Part shown: positions 19,797 through 29,059 of the stretch, one piece after another
Numbering within the stretch: position 1 is the stretch's first letter
How the letters are laid out: every line of letters starts with the position of its first letter
Program-made: the position numbers and the translations under genes
The notes under the pieces: model-generated
Told to the model about the DNA's origin: nothing
Database searches by the model: none
The model's input: the letters and a program-made list of their open reading frames with translations, nothing else
Source: a virus
Lineage: Duplodnaviria > Caudoviricetes
Direction: 5' to 3' (one strand)
DNA: 61,849 nt
IMG/VR virus record: IMGVR_UViG_3300033141_002871
Location: 1-61,849 of that record

Positions 19797-21374
19797 AGGA
19801 ACAGAGAGCAAGGAAAGGGAGAAGAAGAGGTGGGATGTCTACATGGCTTGGCAAAGGACGGTGGCAGATTTGAGGGGACTGTCGGAAGTTGCCCGGCAGT
19901 TTGGCAGCATAGTACAGAACCCTGTGCTTATGCAGGCCGATGAGCCGTTGTTGGTGGAGTATGTGGAGCGGTGCGCTAGCTTTGTGGCGAGGATCGAAGA
20001 TACGGTTGAGCAGGTGCGCAAGCTATGCGCCAAGTCGGTTGTCGTGGTCACAAGCACTGAAGGAGTGGAGTTGAGCGAAGGAGGAGAGCCATGACAAAGA
20101 CGTGTGGAGAATGTCCGTGGTGGGCGGTAGAGGACCGCGAGTTGCCTGGCTCGAAATGGGGAATGTGTAGGTATCACAGGTTTTTGCAAGCGAAGGACTA
20201 TAAGACTTGCAAAGAGCGTCGCATGTTTGAGTCCCTGCGCGATGAAGTGAGGAGGTTGCGGGCGGGAAACAAGTCGCTTGGATCAGACCTGGAGAAAACG
20301 AAGCGTGACCTGGAGTTTCTACGCGGACAGTCTCCTACGTGCCCGAACTGCGGTGTTCGTTCGCTGGATTACGATCCAGACGGGAAAGTGTATGCATGCA
20401 GGATCTGTGGAGAGAGGTACACTGAGCACGCCCTGGAGTTCATCGGAAGAGATGGGCGCATGCCAGCAAGCACGTTTCAACTGCTGGAGCAACTGCGAGC
20501 AGAGGTACAGCGACTGCAGAGGGAGCTGAACGTCGTTCTCAAGAACAAAGGAGGTATAGAGTGAAGCGGAAGGAGAGACAGATGGGTAGCGGGGATTATT
20601 CCAATCGGATCTTTTACTGCAGAGCGGAACACATATGGCAACCTGGTATCAAGGCCTTCAAGGTCTTGCACCCGGATGCGGTGGAACTACGGCAGGAGGA
20701 TGGTTGGCCGGGTGGCGATGTGGTGGTTTATGAGTGCCCGCACTGCAAGCATCGCTTCAGGATAGAACTTCCGCAGTGAACAAGAAAAGGAGATGTAGAA
20801 TGAAACTGAGCAAGGCAGAGGAGAGCTAGTTGATGTACCTGGAGACGCGGGCGGTGGATCATAGGGGTTGGGTGGATGCAAGCTTGATGAGCGAGGAGGA
20901 TTTCACCACTGCAAAAAAGTGGAACGAGGAAGGCTACGTCAAGTTCGGCCGGGTGGTCTTCGATGACGCCAACCGTGCTTCCAGCCTCCACCACCACCTT
21001 ACGCACTGGTGCGAGTTGTCGGAGGCGGTCTGGGAGGATGTAATCCGGTTGCGCAGGGAGCGGGCCGAGCGTGGCCTTCAGAATCGCACTTACAAGCGCA
21101 CGGAGGAGAAGCAAACATGAGGGTATGCGTGAATTATAGAGATGGATATTCACCTACTACCGGTCTGGAAGGAAAGAACCCCCCAGGGAATGTATCAGAT
21201 ACAGCGGTCAAAATGTGGGAGTGCCCCGAGTTCCTGAAGGTCGACATCAATGAACTGCTGTTCAAATACGCGCCAAAGAGCATGACCATCGGGGAGTTCG
21301 ACGAACTGGCGGGCAAAGTCTATGCGACGATAGTCGAGAGGTGCGAGAAATTTTCGGCTGACAAGGAGGATTGA
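19780..21374 (+). other. Five small hypothetical ORFs (19780-20094, 20091-20564, 20561-20779, 20800/20830-21120, 21117-21374)
   Basis: Coupled ORFs with RBSs, several Zn ribbons; lower GC than core genes. Confidence 0.55.
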
Positions 21375-21453
21375 CCTTGAGGTGGCCGATGACAGTTTTA
21401 TGGGACTTGGTTCGATGCAGTGACAAACGACTGAAGAGGCAAGGAGTAGTATC

Positions 21454-21705
21454 ATGAAAAATCGCGAGGTACAGGTGATGGTTGAAGCTTGTCGGCTAAC
21501 AGATGAGATGCTGGACGCACAGTACCCCAGTGATTTACACATACCGGGTGTCGTGTACGATCCCAAGAACAGGTGCGCCTATATCGACACATCGGAAGGT
21601 CGAATGCGGGTAGTCGTGGGTGACTACATCGTCAGGGACTGGAACGGGGATCTCTACCTATGCAAGCCCGATGAATTTGAGGCAATCTACGAGGTGCTGC
21701 CATGA
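21454..21705 (+). CDS. PGDYG-like phage protein
   Basis: IDTSEG.M....GDYIV....G..Y.CKPD.FE..YE. Confidence 0.75.
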   Translation: MKNREVQVMVEACRLTDEMLDAQYPSDLHIPGVVYDPKNRCAYIDTSEGRMRVVVGDYIVRDWNGDLYLCKPDEFEAIYEVLP

Positions 21706-22941
21706 CCGTCATCGACCGGGCGAGAAATCTAGCCGCCATGTGGAATCCGATCATGTCACGAACAGCCGAGGTGCTTAACGAGTTGGCCGACAAGCTGGAA
21801 GCTGTGGTTGCCAACATTGGGGACAAGTGCCCGCCGGGTGCTGACTGCGAACACGAGCACCCGGACGATCTTGCTTGCGCGAAGTGCTGGCGCAAATGGC
21901 TGGAGGGATGACCATGACCATTCTTGAGCGGGCACGGGAGTTGGCGGCCCTGGCCGAGAAGACGACCAGGGGGCCGTGGACCGCATTTACCGATGACAGC
22001 AGGTACCCACCGCACACGAACATCGCGGCTGTCACCAGAAAGGGAACATCGTTGGTTTTCTCGCTGCCGGGGCACGACAAAGAGGAACCGGATGTTGAAC
22101 TCATCGCCGCCGCCCCCGAGATGGCCGAACTGTTGGGCAGGCTGGCGGGGAAGCTGGAGGATCTGCTTCCGGACTCGATGGGCAAGTGCCCGCCGTCTCG
22201 GCGCTATCGGAACTGCCCGGCGAATATCGACAGTTGCCCCGATTGCTGGCAGGAGTGGCTTGAAAGATGAATCGAACTGTCGCTGTATTACCAGGAGCCC
22301 GACGAATGACCATCCTCGCCACCAAAGAAAGGAAGTGAGACAATGAGAAGAAAGATAAAGACTGTTCCAATGTCCGAGGCTGCCGAGGCCATAGCAGAGG
22401 CAGTAGGAGCAAAGCCCGGGGATACGATAGAGATTGCGGCTCCACAATTCACGCGCACACCAGACATGCCGGCATCAGCGTGCCCACCGGGTAGCAGCGT
22501 TGAGTGGAGTGACTTGAAGAAAATGACGGTCAAGCAACTCAAGGAGCTTGGCTGTGGAAACTGGGACGGCAGACTGATGCTGTTCCCTGGCGAGTGGTAT
22601 CATCATATCCCTGCCGGTTACGAAGTGGAAGGTATTTCTGGGAACAAGGAAGCATTTATTGCCGGTGTAACCGATGACGACATCAGGTTTGGGTGCTTGC
22701 CGTACGGTGTCCCCGCGGTTGATGGCAAGGTTGAGGTCGAAGACTAGCCATGGCCACCCTCGCCATCGACCCGGGCCGGCGCAGTGGCAGGTGTCTGATT
22801 TGGAACGACAAGCCCACCTCGGGCATCGTGGACGGGACGACCTGCCTGTCCGAGGTGGAGAAGTGCGCTGCTCATGACCTGGCTGGAGAGGATGTCGTGC
22901 CGTTTTGCCTCGGTTGTTGGCAGGAGCGGCTTGACAGTTGA
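21702..22941 (+). other. Small ORFs 21702-21911, 21908-22270 (Ead/Ea22-like), 22343-22747, 22750-22941
   Basis: AEKTTRGPW...ELIAAAPE in 21908; three ORFs end in CxxCWxx(W/R)L. Confidence 0.6.
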
Positions 22942-22986
22942 TCGAAGGTCCTGGGGCTGATACTATCCGGAGCCGAGGAGGACAAG

Positions 22987-23274
22987 ATGAGAGAAAATGA
23001 GGAGCATACTGAAAAGATCCATATTCGGGTGAAGCTGAACGTTAGGGCGGGCGTGCCGACATTGAACGGGTCGGTATACCCCAAGGAGCTGCTGGACAGG
23101 GCCATCAAGGAGAGGCGCGAGGACTTCCGGCTCGGCAAGGTGCTCCTCACCTCGGACTACGAGTTCCCTCCGCGGGGAATGCTCGGCCAGGTGCAGGACA
23201 TCCGGGTCGACGACGACGACGAGGTCTGGGCGGAGGTGGAGGTGGACAGGGGCGCGGTGCCGATACCCGAATGA
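22987..23274 (+). CDS. Truncated paralogue of the gp21-type prohead protease N-terminal half
   Basis: AGVPTLNGSVYPKELLDRAI ... DDEVWAEVEV aligns by eye to AGKVTANGRLY ... DGEVMGEIEV of 35909. Confidence 0.55.
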   Translation: MRENEEHTEKIHIRVKLNVRAGVPTLNGSVYPKELLDRAIKERREDFRLGKVLLTSDYEFPPRGMLGQVQDIRVDDDDEVWAEVEVDRGAVPIPE

Positions 23275-23483
23275 GCGACGGAGCCAGTCATTGAGGAGTG
23301 TGTGGTGGAAACGTTGTTGATGAGGACGGCGGGCCGAATCCCCATGTGGTCAAGCCGACCGTCCAATAGTCCGGTGGCAACCAGTTGGGGCCAACCCGAC
23401 GGGACCTGCTGGGGCACGTACCAGCCAAACCCGGCGAGCTGGGTGGAAGGCCCGGCATTTTATTTACAACGGAAGGGAGGAAG

Positions 23484-24259
23484 ATGATGGAGATCGAACC
23501 GGTGACGGAGGGCATGGTGGACGCATTGATTCGTGCTGTGGGTCCCATGTCCGCCCAGGTTAGCGGACTGTACGAGGTAGACCTTGAAAGAGGCCGTGGC
23601 GTGCTGGGCAAGTTGAAGCACTGCCTGTGGGACACCAGTGGTAGGCGCATCACGGTAGTGGTGTCATCCGATGGTGGGGTGATTATAAGTCGGAGCAAAG
23701 AGAAGGACGGAGAGGACTATTGAGCGACAATAGCTCACGAAACGATATCAGGAAGTATTGCCCAGACTGGTACGACGGTCCGTCAGATCCACATCTACGG
23801 GTAAGTCCTGTATTTGAGAATGGTAAAAGGACTGGGTTGTGGAGGTGTCACTACACAAGGAGGCGGCATGGGACAATCGTGTGAAAAATGCGGCAGCGAC
23901 GAGCTAGAGATCATTTCCGAGGAGCCGGCTCCGCACATCGGTCCGGGCTATGTGCTGGCGACCAAGAGGTGCCGCAGATGTGGGGCGGTCCAGGAGCAGA
24001 AGGGAGTCGGCAGGGAAGACGCCCAGGGTCAGGAGGGTGAGGGATGTACCCGGACAACTGTCACGGTAGGGGCGGCATCCGGTGGGGCGTCAGAAGGGAC
24101 GAGCCCTGGACCCCGCCGGACGACCTGAAGGAGAGGGTCAACAACCTGCTGTTCCCGGTGGTGCCGGAGGACATGACCATCGGAAAGTTCGAGGAGATCG
24201 CCGCCGGGCTGTACGATCTGATCTGCGACTCTGTCGAAAATTATTTATCGGATAAATAA
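23484..24259 (+). other. Small ORFs 23484-23723, 23868-24128 (Zn ribbon), 24044-24259
   Basis: RBSs present; 24044 resembles 21117. Confidence 0.55.
24241..24259. promoter_or_regulatory. 19-bp palindromic site, copy 3 (perfect)
   Basis: TTATTTATCGGATAAATAA. Confidence 0.8.
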
Positions 24260-24282
24260 GAGACTTAATTTAGGAGGACCAG

Positions 24283-25518
24283 ATGGGCAAGAAGCGTAGG
24301 TCGAAGGTCGCGGGAGTACCTACAGAGAGAAGGCGCTTGTCTGAGTTGATTCCTGCCAGCTACAACCCGCGCAAGATTTCCGACGAAGCCAAACTTGCCC
24401 TGAGAAGGAGCATCGAGGAGTTCGGGCTGGTCCAGCCGATAGTCTGGAACAGGAGGACCGGGAGGGTTGTCGGCGGGCATCAGAGGCTCTCGATCCTGGC
24501 GGAAATGGGTGTCAGGGAGGTCGAGGTGGCCGAGGTGGATCTCGACGACTCCCATGAGAAAGCCTTGAACATAGCTTTGAACAGCGAGCGGTTGCAGGGA
24601 GAGTGGGATCTGCCGGCGCTGCGGGAGGTCCTGGGTGGCCTGGAGGCCGAGGGTTTGGGCGGGTTGTTGAAGGATCTGGATGTCGAAGGCCTGTTGTCCG
24701 ATATGGTGAGGGAGTACGAGAGCGACCCGAGGTGCTTGCTGGACAAACCCAAGTCCGCAGGATCCGCGCCGGCCTACCCCGAGCCGGACGCGGATGCCTC
24801 AGAGGTTGTCAGAGAGTGCGACCGGATGGTCGTCGAGTTCTCGGGCGGGAAGGACTCCACGGTCGCACTGGGATGGGCGCGGGCGGTATCGGAGAGGACG
24901 GGTCGGCCGTTGACGGCCCTGTTCGTCGAGACGGGCGCGGAGTTCCCGGATCTGACACTTCATGTGGCGAGGGTGTGCCGGGAGATGGGTGTCGACCTGA
25001 AAATGCTGCACCCGGAGCGAAACATCGTGGCGCACTATTACGGTGTCGGGAAGTGGCCAAGCCCCATTTACAGGGACTGCCAGTCCAGGTTCATAAACGA
25101 CGTGGTCGACCGGTACTGCCGACAGCAGTTCGGAGAAGAGATAGTGGCGACTATCAGGGGAGGACGCAAGGATCAGAAGACGTCCCGGACAAGGGGCATC
25201 GCATGCAAGAGGGTGTCCGGTAAGGGGCCGGTCAAGTGGCTGATTAGCCCGATGTACGGACAAGACTCCGAGTCTTACGCCGCCGAGTTGAAGAGAGTGG
25301 AAAGGCACCTGTGGCGCGGCTACAACTTGGGGTTCGTGCGGACCGCCTGCTGGATGTGCCCGTTCCAACTGACCGAGCAGTGGGAGGCGATGAAGAAACA
25401 CTACCCGCTGCTGTGGAGAGGCATGCTGCACCTGTCGAAGACCTTGGAGTTCCAGGTGGCCAGAGGGGACAGATACTGGCCCAGGTTCAGAAACTACTGG
25501 AGGAGAGCCTCCGAGTAA
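24283..25518 (+). CDS. ParB/Srx N-terminal domain fused to PAPS-reductase-like (PP-loop) domain
   Basis: YNPRKI, SIEEFGLVQPIVWN, GGHQR; then FSGGKDS, ETGAEFP, GFVRTACWMCPF. Confidence 0.88.
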   Translation: MGKKRRSKVAGVPTERRRLSELIPASYNPRKISDEAKLALRRSIEEFGLVQPIVWNRRTGRVVGGHQRLSILAEMGVREVEVAEVDLDDSHEKALNIALNSERLQGEWDLPALREVLGGLEAEGLGGLLKDLDVEGLLSDMVREYESDPRCLLDKPKSAGSAPAYPEPDADASEVVRECDRMVVEFSGGKDSTVALGWARAVSERTGRPLTALFVETGAEFPDLTLHVARVCREMGVDLKMLHPERNIVAHYYGVGKWPSPIYRDCQSRFINDVVDRYCRQQFGEEIVATIRGGRKDQKTSRTRGIACKRVSGKGPVKWLISPMYGQDSESYAAELKRVERHLWRGYNLGFVRTACWMCPFQLTEQWEAMKKHYPLLWRGMLHLSKTLEFQVARGDRYWPRFRNYWRRASE

Positions 25519-25566
25519 GCATGGGAGTGCACGGCATGCAAATCCCCAAAGATATTTTCTCCGTAA

Positions 25567-25585
25567 TTATTTATCGGATAAATAA
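25567..25585. promoter_or_regulatory. 19-bp palindromic site, copy 4 (perfect) in the AT-rich gap before terL
   Basis: TTATTTATCGGATAAATAA flanked by degenerate copies. Confidence 0.8.
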
Positions 25586-25719
25586 AACGGGGACCGAACC
25601 GGCATGCTCGTTATTTTCAGGAGGAATAAATGCCCCTTTGTTTCCCGAGGAAAATAGTTCCGAGAACACTCCGGCCCGGAACTGGTCCGGTGCTCCCGAA
25701 TAAAGAGGAAAAATAAATA

Positions 25720-27786
25720 ATGGGCAGCGGAAGGACGTTCGCGGAGCAGGTCACCCGGCTCCTGGAACAGAGGGCCAGGGAGCTGGAGGTGCGCCGCCAG
25801 GTCCTGGACTTCGCGGAGATGTCGAGGGAGGAGGCGGAGCGGAGGCTCCGGGAGGACAGGGAGCCGCTGCCGCCCCGCAAGTGGATCGAGAACGAGTACT
25901 TCTCCGGCCCGCTGGCCCGCGGCATGTACGACGTCCTGAAGGAGAGGTTCTGCGAGGTCTTCGAGAGGAACGCCTTCGAGGTCCTCATGGCCGGCGCGAT
26001 CGGTTTCGGCAAGACGACTCTGTCCATCGGCATCCACCTCTACAGTCTCTACCTGCTCTCCTGCTACGGGGTGCCCCAGAGGGCGTTCCGCGACATGGTG
26101 GAGTCGGCGCAGATTCTCATGCTGAACCTGAACACGACGAAGGACAAGGCGAAGAACAGCTACTACATGGACCTGTACCGGCTGGTCCACAGCACGCCGT
26201 ACTTCCAGAGGGACTTCCCTCCGATGAAGGGAGTGGTGAACGAGCTGAGGTTTCCGCAGAAGAACGTCATGTGCTCGTTCGCCGGCGCGACGAAGACGGC
26301 GGCCGAGTCCGAGCACCTCGTCTTCTGCGTGCTCGACGAGGCGAACCTGTACGACGTCGTGGAGAGGTCGAGGCGGAGCGAGAGGGCGGACGCGAAGTAC
26401 GACGAGGCGGAGGTCGTTTACGCATCCGCGCTGCGGCGTATGCAGACCCGGTACATGCTGCCGGACGGCACGATGCCCCCGCCTTGCAAGTTGATCTCCC
26501 TCTGCAAGGAGACCTACCCCAACAGCTTCATGCGCCGGAAGATCCGGGAGGCGAGGCAGAAGGGGTGGACGGAGCCGGACCAGAACGGCAGGGTCCGGAC
26601 GATCGTTATCGAGTACGCGGAGTGGGAGACGAAGCCGCCGGAGACCTACGAGAAGAGCTACTTCTGGATTCGCACCGGGACGCGGACGGAGAGCCCGAGG
26701 ATAATCGAGGACGAGAAGGAGGCGGAGCGGGAGAGGAGGGAGCAAGAGAAGAGGAAGGTACAGGGAGTACCGGAGGACGAGCTGTGCGAGGTGATACAGG
26801 TCCCGAGGGCCGGCGGCGAGTACCTCGTGTCCGCCCGGTCGAACCTGTCCGACTTCATTCGCGACATCTGCGGCCGGGCGACGGAGGCGTCTCAGATGTT
26901 CTTCCCGAGACGGGAGTCCCTGTTCAAGGCAGTGCGGAAGGAGGGGGAGGGGCCGTGGAAGGGGGAGGTCTGCCATCACCCGTACACGGCCGAGGAGACG
27001 ACCCTGCTCGACGGGGCCTTTCTGATCAAGGAGAGACTCGCCGAGAAGAGGGACGGTGTCTGGAGACCGCTGGTGAACCCGGCCGCGATTCGGCACGTAC
27101 ACGTCGACATCGGCCTGACCGGGGACGCTGCGGGCATCGCGATGGGGCATGTCTCGGACTGGAAGGACGTCGTGAGGTCCTCCCCCGGAGGTTCCCCGAC
27201 GATGGTCCGGCTTCCGGTTCTCTGGTACGACTTCCTGCTGAGGGTGATTCCGCCGCTCGGCGGAGAGATTCCCTACTCTGGGATTCGCGGCATCATCTAC
27301 TCGCTGAGGGGGCTCGGGTTCAAGGCAGGGCTCGTGACCTACGACAGCTTTCAGCGCACCTGGGCGCAGGAGCTTTCCACCGAGGGGTTCCGGTGCGAGC
27401 TGCTGAGCGTGGACTCCGGCATCGACCCCTACATCGAGCTGAAGGCGGCGTACCTGGAGGACAGGCTGAGCGTCTACCCGTACCCGCAGGTCGAGGGAGA
27501 GCTGGCGGCCCTGGAGAGGGTCTATACCGGGCAGGTAAGGGACGGCAGGCCGGTCGAGAAGATAGACCACCCTCCTGGCGGCGAGAAGGACGTGGCCGAT
27601 GCGATGGCGGGGGTCGCGTATACCCTGGTGAGGGTGGCGTCCACCCGCATTCCGGTCTCGCCGTTCTCCGTGGAGGTCGCGGAGAACGAGTCGGTCGGGG
27701 AGAAGGAGTCGAAGAAGCGGAGGCTGTTCGAGGAGGGGAGGTGGGACGAGCTGTACGATCTGATGAAGCGAGAGGAAGAGGGTTGA
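25720..27786 (+). CDS. terL: Terminase large subunit
   Basis: GAIGFGKT Walker A, VLDEA Walker B; nuclease HVDIGLTGD, TYDSFQ, IDHP..GEKDVADAMAG. Confidence 0.92.
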   Translation: MGSGRTFAEQVTRLLEQRARELEVRRQVLDFAEMSREEAERRLREDREPLPPRKWIENEYFSGPLARGMYDVLKERFCEVFERNAFEVLMAGAIGFGKTTLSIGIHLYSLYLLSCYGVPQRAFRDMVESAQILMLNLNTTKDKAKNSYYMDLYRLVHSTPYFQRDFPPMKGVVNELRFPQKNVMCSFAGATKTAAESEHLVFCVLDEANLYDVVERSRRSERADAKYDEAEVVYASALRRMQTRYMLPDGTMPPPCKLISLCKETYPNSFMRRKIREARQKGWTEPDQNGRVRTIVIEYAEWETKPPETYEKSYFWIRTGTRTESPRIIEDEKEAERERREQEKRKVQGVPEDELCEVIQVPRAGGEYLVSARSNLSDFIRDICGRATEASQMFFPRRESLFKAVRKEGEGPWKGEVCHHPYTAEETTLLDGAFLIKERLAEKRDGVWRPLVNPAAIRHVHVDIGLTGDAAGIAMGHVSDWKDVVRSSPGGSPTMVRLPVLWYDFLLRVIPPLGGEIPYSGIRGIIYSLRGLGFKAGLVTYDSFQRTWAQELSTEGFRCELLSVDSGIDPYIELKAAYLEDRLSVYPYPQVEGELAALERVYTGQVRDGRPVEKIDHPPGGEKDVADAMAGVAYTLVRVASTRIPVSPFSVEVAENESVGEKESKKRRLFEEGRWDELYDLMKREEEG

Positions 27787-27787
27787 T

Positions 27788-27806
27788 TTATTTATCTGCT
27801 AAATAA
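27788..27806. promoter_or_regulatory. 19-bp palindromic site, copy 5
   Basis: TTATTTATCTGCTAAATAA directly after the terL stop. Confidence 0.75.
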
Positions 27807-27852
27807 GGACGGGAGGTGGCGAGTGGCGTTCAAAGAAGAAAGGAGGTTGGCG

Positions 27853-28239
27853 ATGAGAGCGGCGATTGTTTTCTTGGCGGTTCTCTTGATCTCCGGATGC
27901 GGGGCGGACCCTGGGGGTTCCCTGGCCGACGGAGGCGGAGAGGAGCAGGACTGGTTCGCGGAGTACTACGCGGACTGCGTGGAGGCGTGCGGCCTCTACA
28001 ACGAGGCGATGGTTACGTGCGGAAAGGTCCCGGTCGAGGACTGCGTGAGGCTCCAGTGGGACCACGGCTCGACGAACGAGGAGTGCCGGGGCTGGCGCAA
28101 CGAGGCGACCGGCGACATGTGGGGCGTCGAGTGCTGGAGGGCGGTTCTGCAGCGGCTCGCATACGGGGAGTACGACTGCGCGAAGCTGGAGCAGCCCTGC
28201 GACGGGTGCGTTCCGAACGTGACGGGGTGCGCGCTTTGA
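27853..28239 (+). CDS. Cys-rich lipoprotein
   Basis: AGGAGG RBS; signal MRAAIVFLAVLLISG|C with lipobox; about ten further Cys. Confidence 0.75.
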   Translation: MRAAIVFLAVLLISGCGADPGGSLADGGGEEQDWFAEYYADCVEACGLYNEAMVTCGKVPVEDCVRLQWDHGSTNEECRGWRNEATGDMWGVECWRAVLQRLAYGEYDCAKLEQPCDGCVPNVTGCAL

Positions 28240-28320
28240 CGGCTGGTGCCATACACGGGACTTGCGGAGGATGGTGTGAGTGGCGTGGATTCGCCGCCCA
28301 CGCCGCCTCCTGTCTTTGGC

Positions 28321-28366
28321 GGCGGGAGAGCTTGGTCGAGAGGCCCGGCTCTCCCGCCTCCTTTTT
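28321..28366 (+). terminator. Rho-independent terminator
   Basis: GGCGGGAGAGC...GCTCTCCCGCC stem followed by TCCTTTTT. Confidence 0.75.
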
Positions 28367-28387
28367 GCGTTTCGAGGAGGTGTCGCG

Positions 28388-28579
28388 GTGAAAGATCCTT
28401 TCTGGTGTCCGGATGCGGGGAAGTACGCGAAGGACGGAGTCGTCTACAACCAGGTCAACGGGATGTGGGTCAGCAACGCGCGGTGCGCGAAGTGGGGCAG
28501 ATGCAGGGACTGCGCGACCGAGAATGAGAAGAAGGAGAAAGCCGGCGAGGTCAAGGAACTGCTGGAGGTGGACAGATGA
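28388..28579 (+). CDS. Small Cys-containing hypothetical protein
   Basis: GGAGG RBS, GTG start, coupled to the next gene. Confidence 0.55.
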   Translation: MKDPFWCPDAGKYAKDGVVYNQVNGMWVSNARCAKWGRCRDCATENEKKEKAGEVKELLEVDR

Positions 28580-29049
28580 GCGGCGAGAATAATCTGGCGG
28601 CCCGGCTAGAGGCCGCGGTGATGAGCGACGGCAAGCTGGACGGCGGGGAGTTCGAGGCTTTGGAGCGGGAGTTCGCTCCGGCCCTGAACCTGTCTCCGTG
28701 TCCCTGTGGGAGCGGAAAGAAGTTCAACGAGTGCTGCAAGGCGAACTGGCAGCTCCTCCAGCGGACTCGGAACCGGGCCAGGGAAGAGCAGAGGGCGACC
28801 CGGAAGGAGCAGGCAGGGGAGGGCCGGGGTCTGGAGTGGCTGCTGCGGATAGGAGTGGATCCGAGGGGCGGCCTGGTGATAGACGACGCCGGCAGCGGAA
28901 AGAGGCTGCCGATGATCGGGGTCGTCGAGCTGCTGTTCAAGGCGTGGATGGACGCATTCCTCCGCCTCTCCTCGATGGAGGCGATGAGGGCGGCGCAGCA
29001 GGCCACCAGGCCCGAGTCGAAACCGGGACCTGGAAAGATCGTGTTGTGA
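28576..29049 (+). CDS. SEC-C motif protein
   Basis: PCPCGSGKKFNECC. Confidence 0.8.
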   Translation: MSGENNLAARLEAAVMSDGKLDGGEFEALEREFAPALNLSPCPCGSGKKFNECCKANWQLLQRTRNRAREEQRATRKEQAGEGRGLEWLLRIGVDPRGGLVIDDAGSGKRLPMIGVVELLFKAWMDAFLRLSSMEAMRAAQQATRPESKPGPGKIVL

Positions 29050-29059
29050 GGAGGTCGAC

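Noticed and set aside
20827-20829. Genome-wide TAG recoding
   Set aside because: TAG cleanly ends genes at 32391, 39251, 41627, 55966 and 60819, and long genes have no internal TAG
25567-27570. Long minus-strand ORFs (also 4728-6272, 7922-9169, 35666-37501, 50376-52016)
   Set aside because: Antisense shadows of motif-bearing + strand genes, caused by GC-rich codon bias; L/P/R-rich with no motifs
25881-27806. 641-aa alternate-frame + ORF overlapping terL
   Set aside because: G/R-rich off-frame translation without RBS or domain signal
28240-28320. Possible tRNA
   Set aside because: Only a GGCGTGG/CCACGCC hairpin; no cloverleaf or canonical T-loop recognised. No tRNA was seen elsewhere by eye, but tRNAscan was not run
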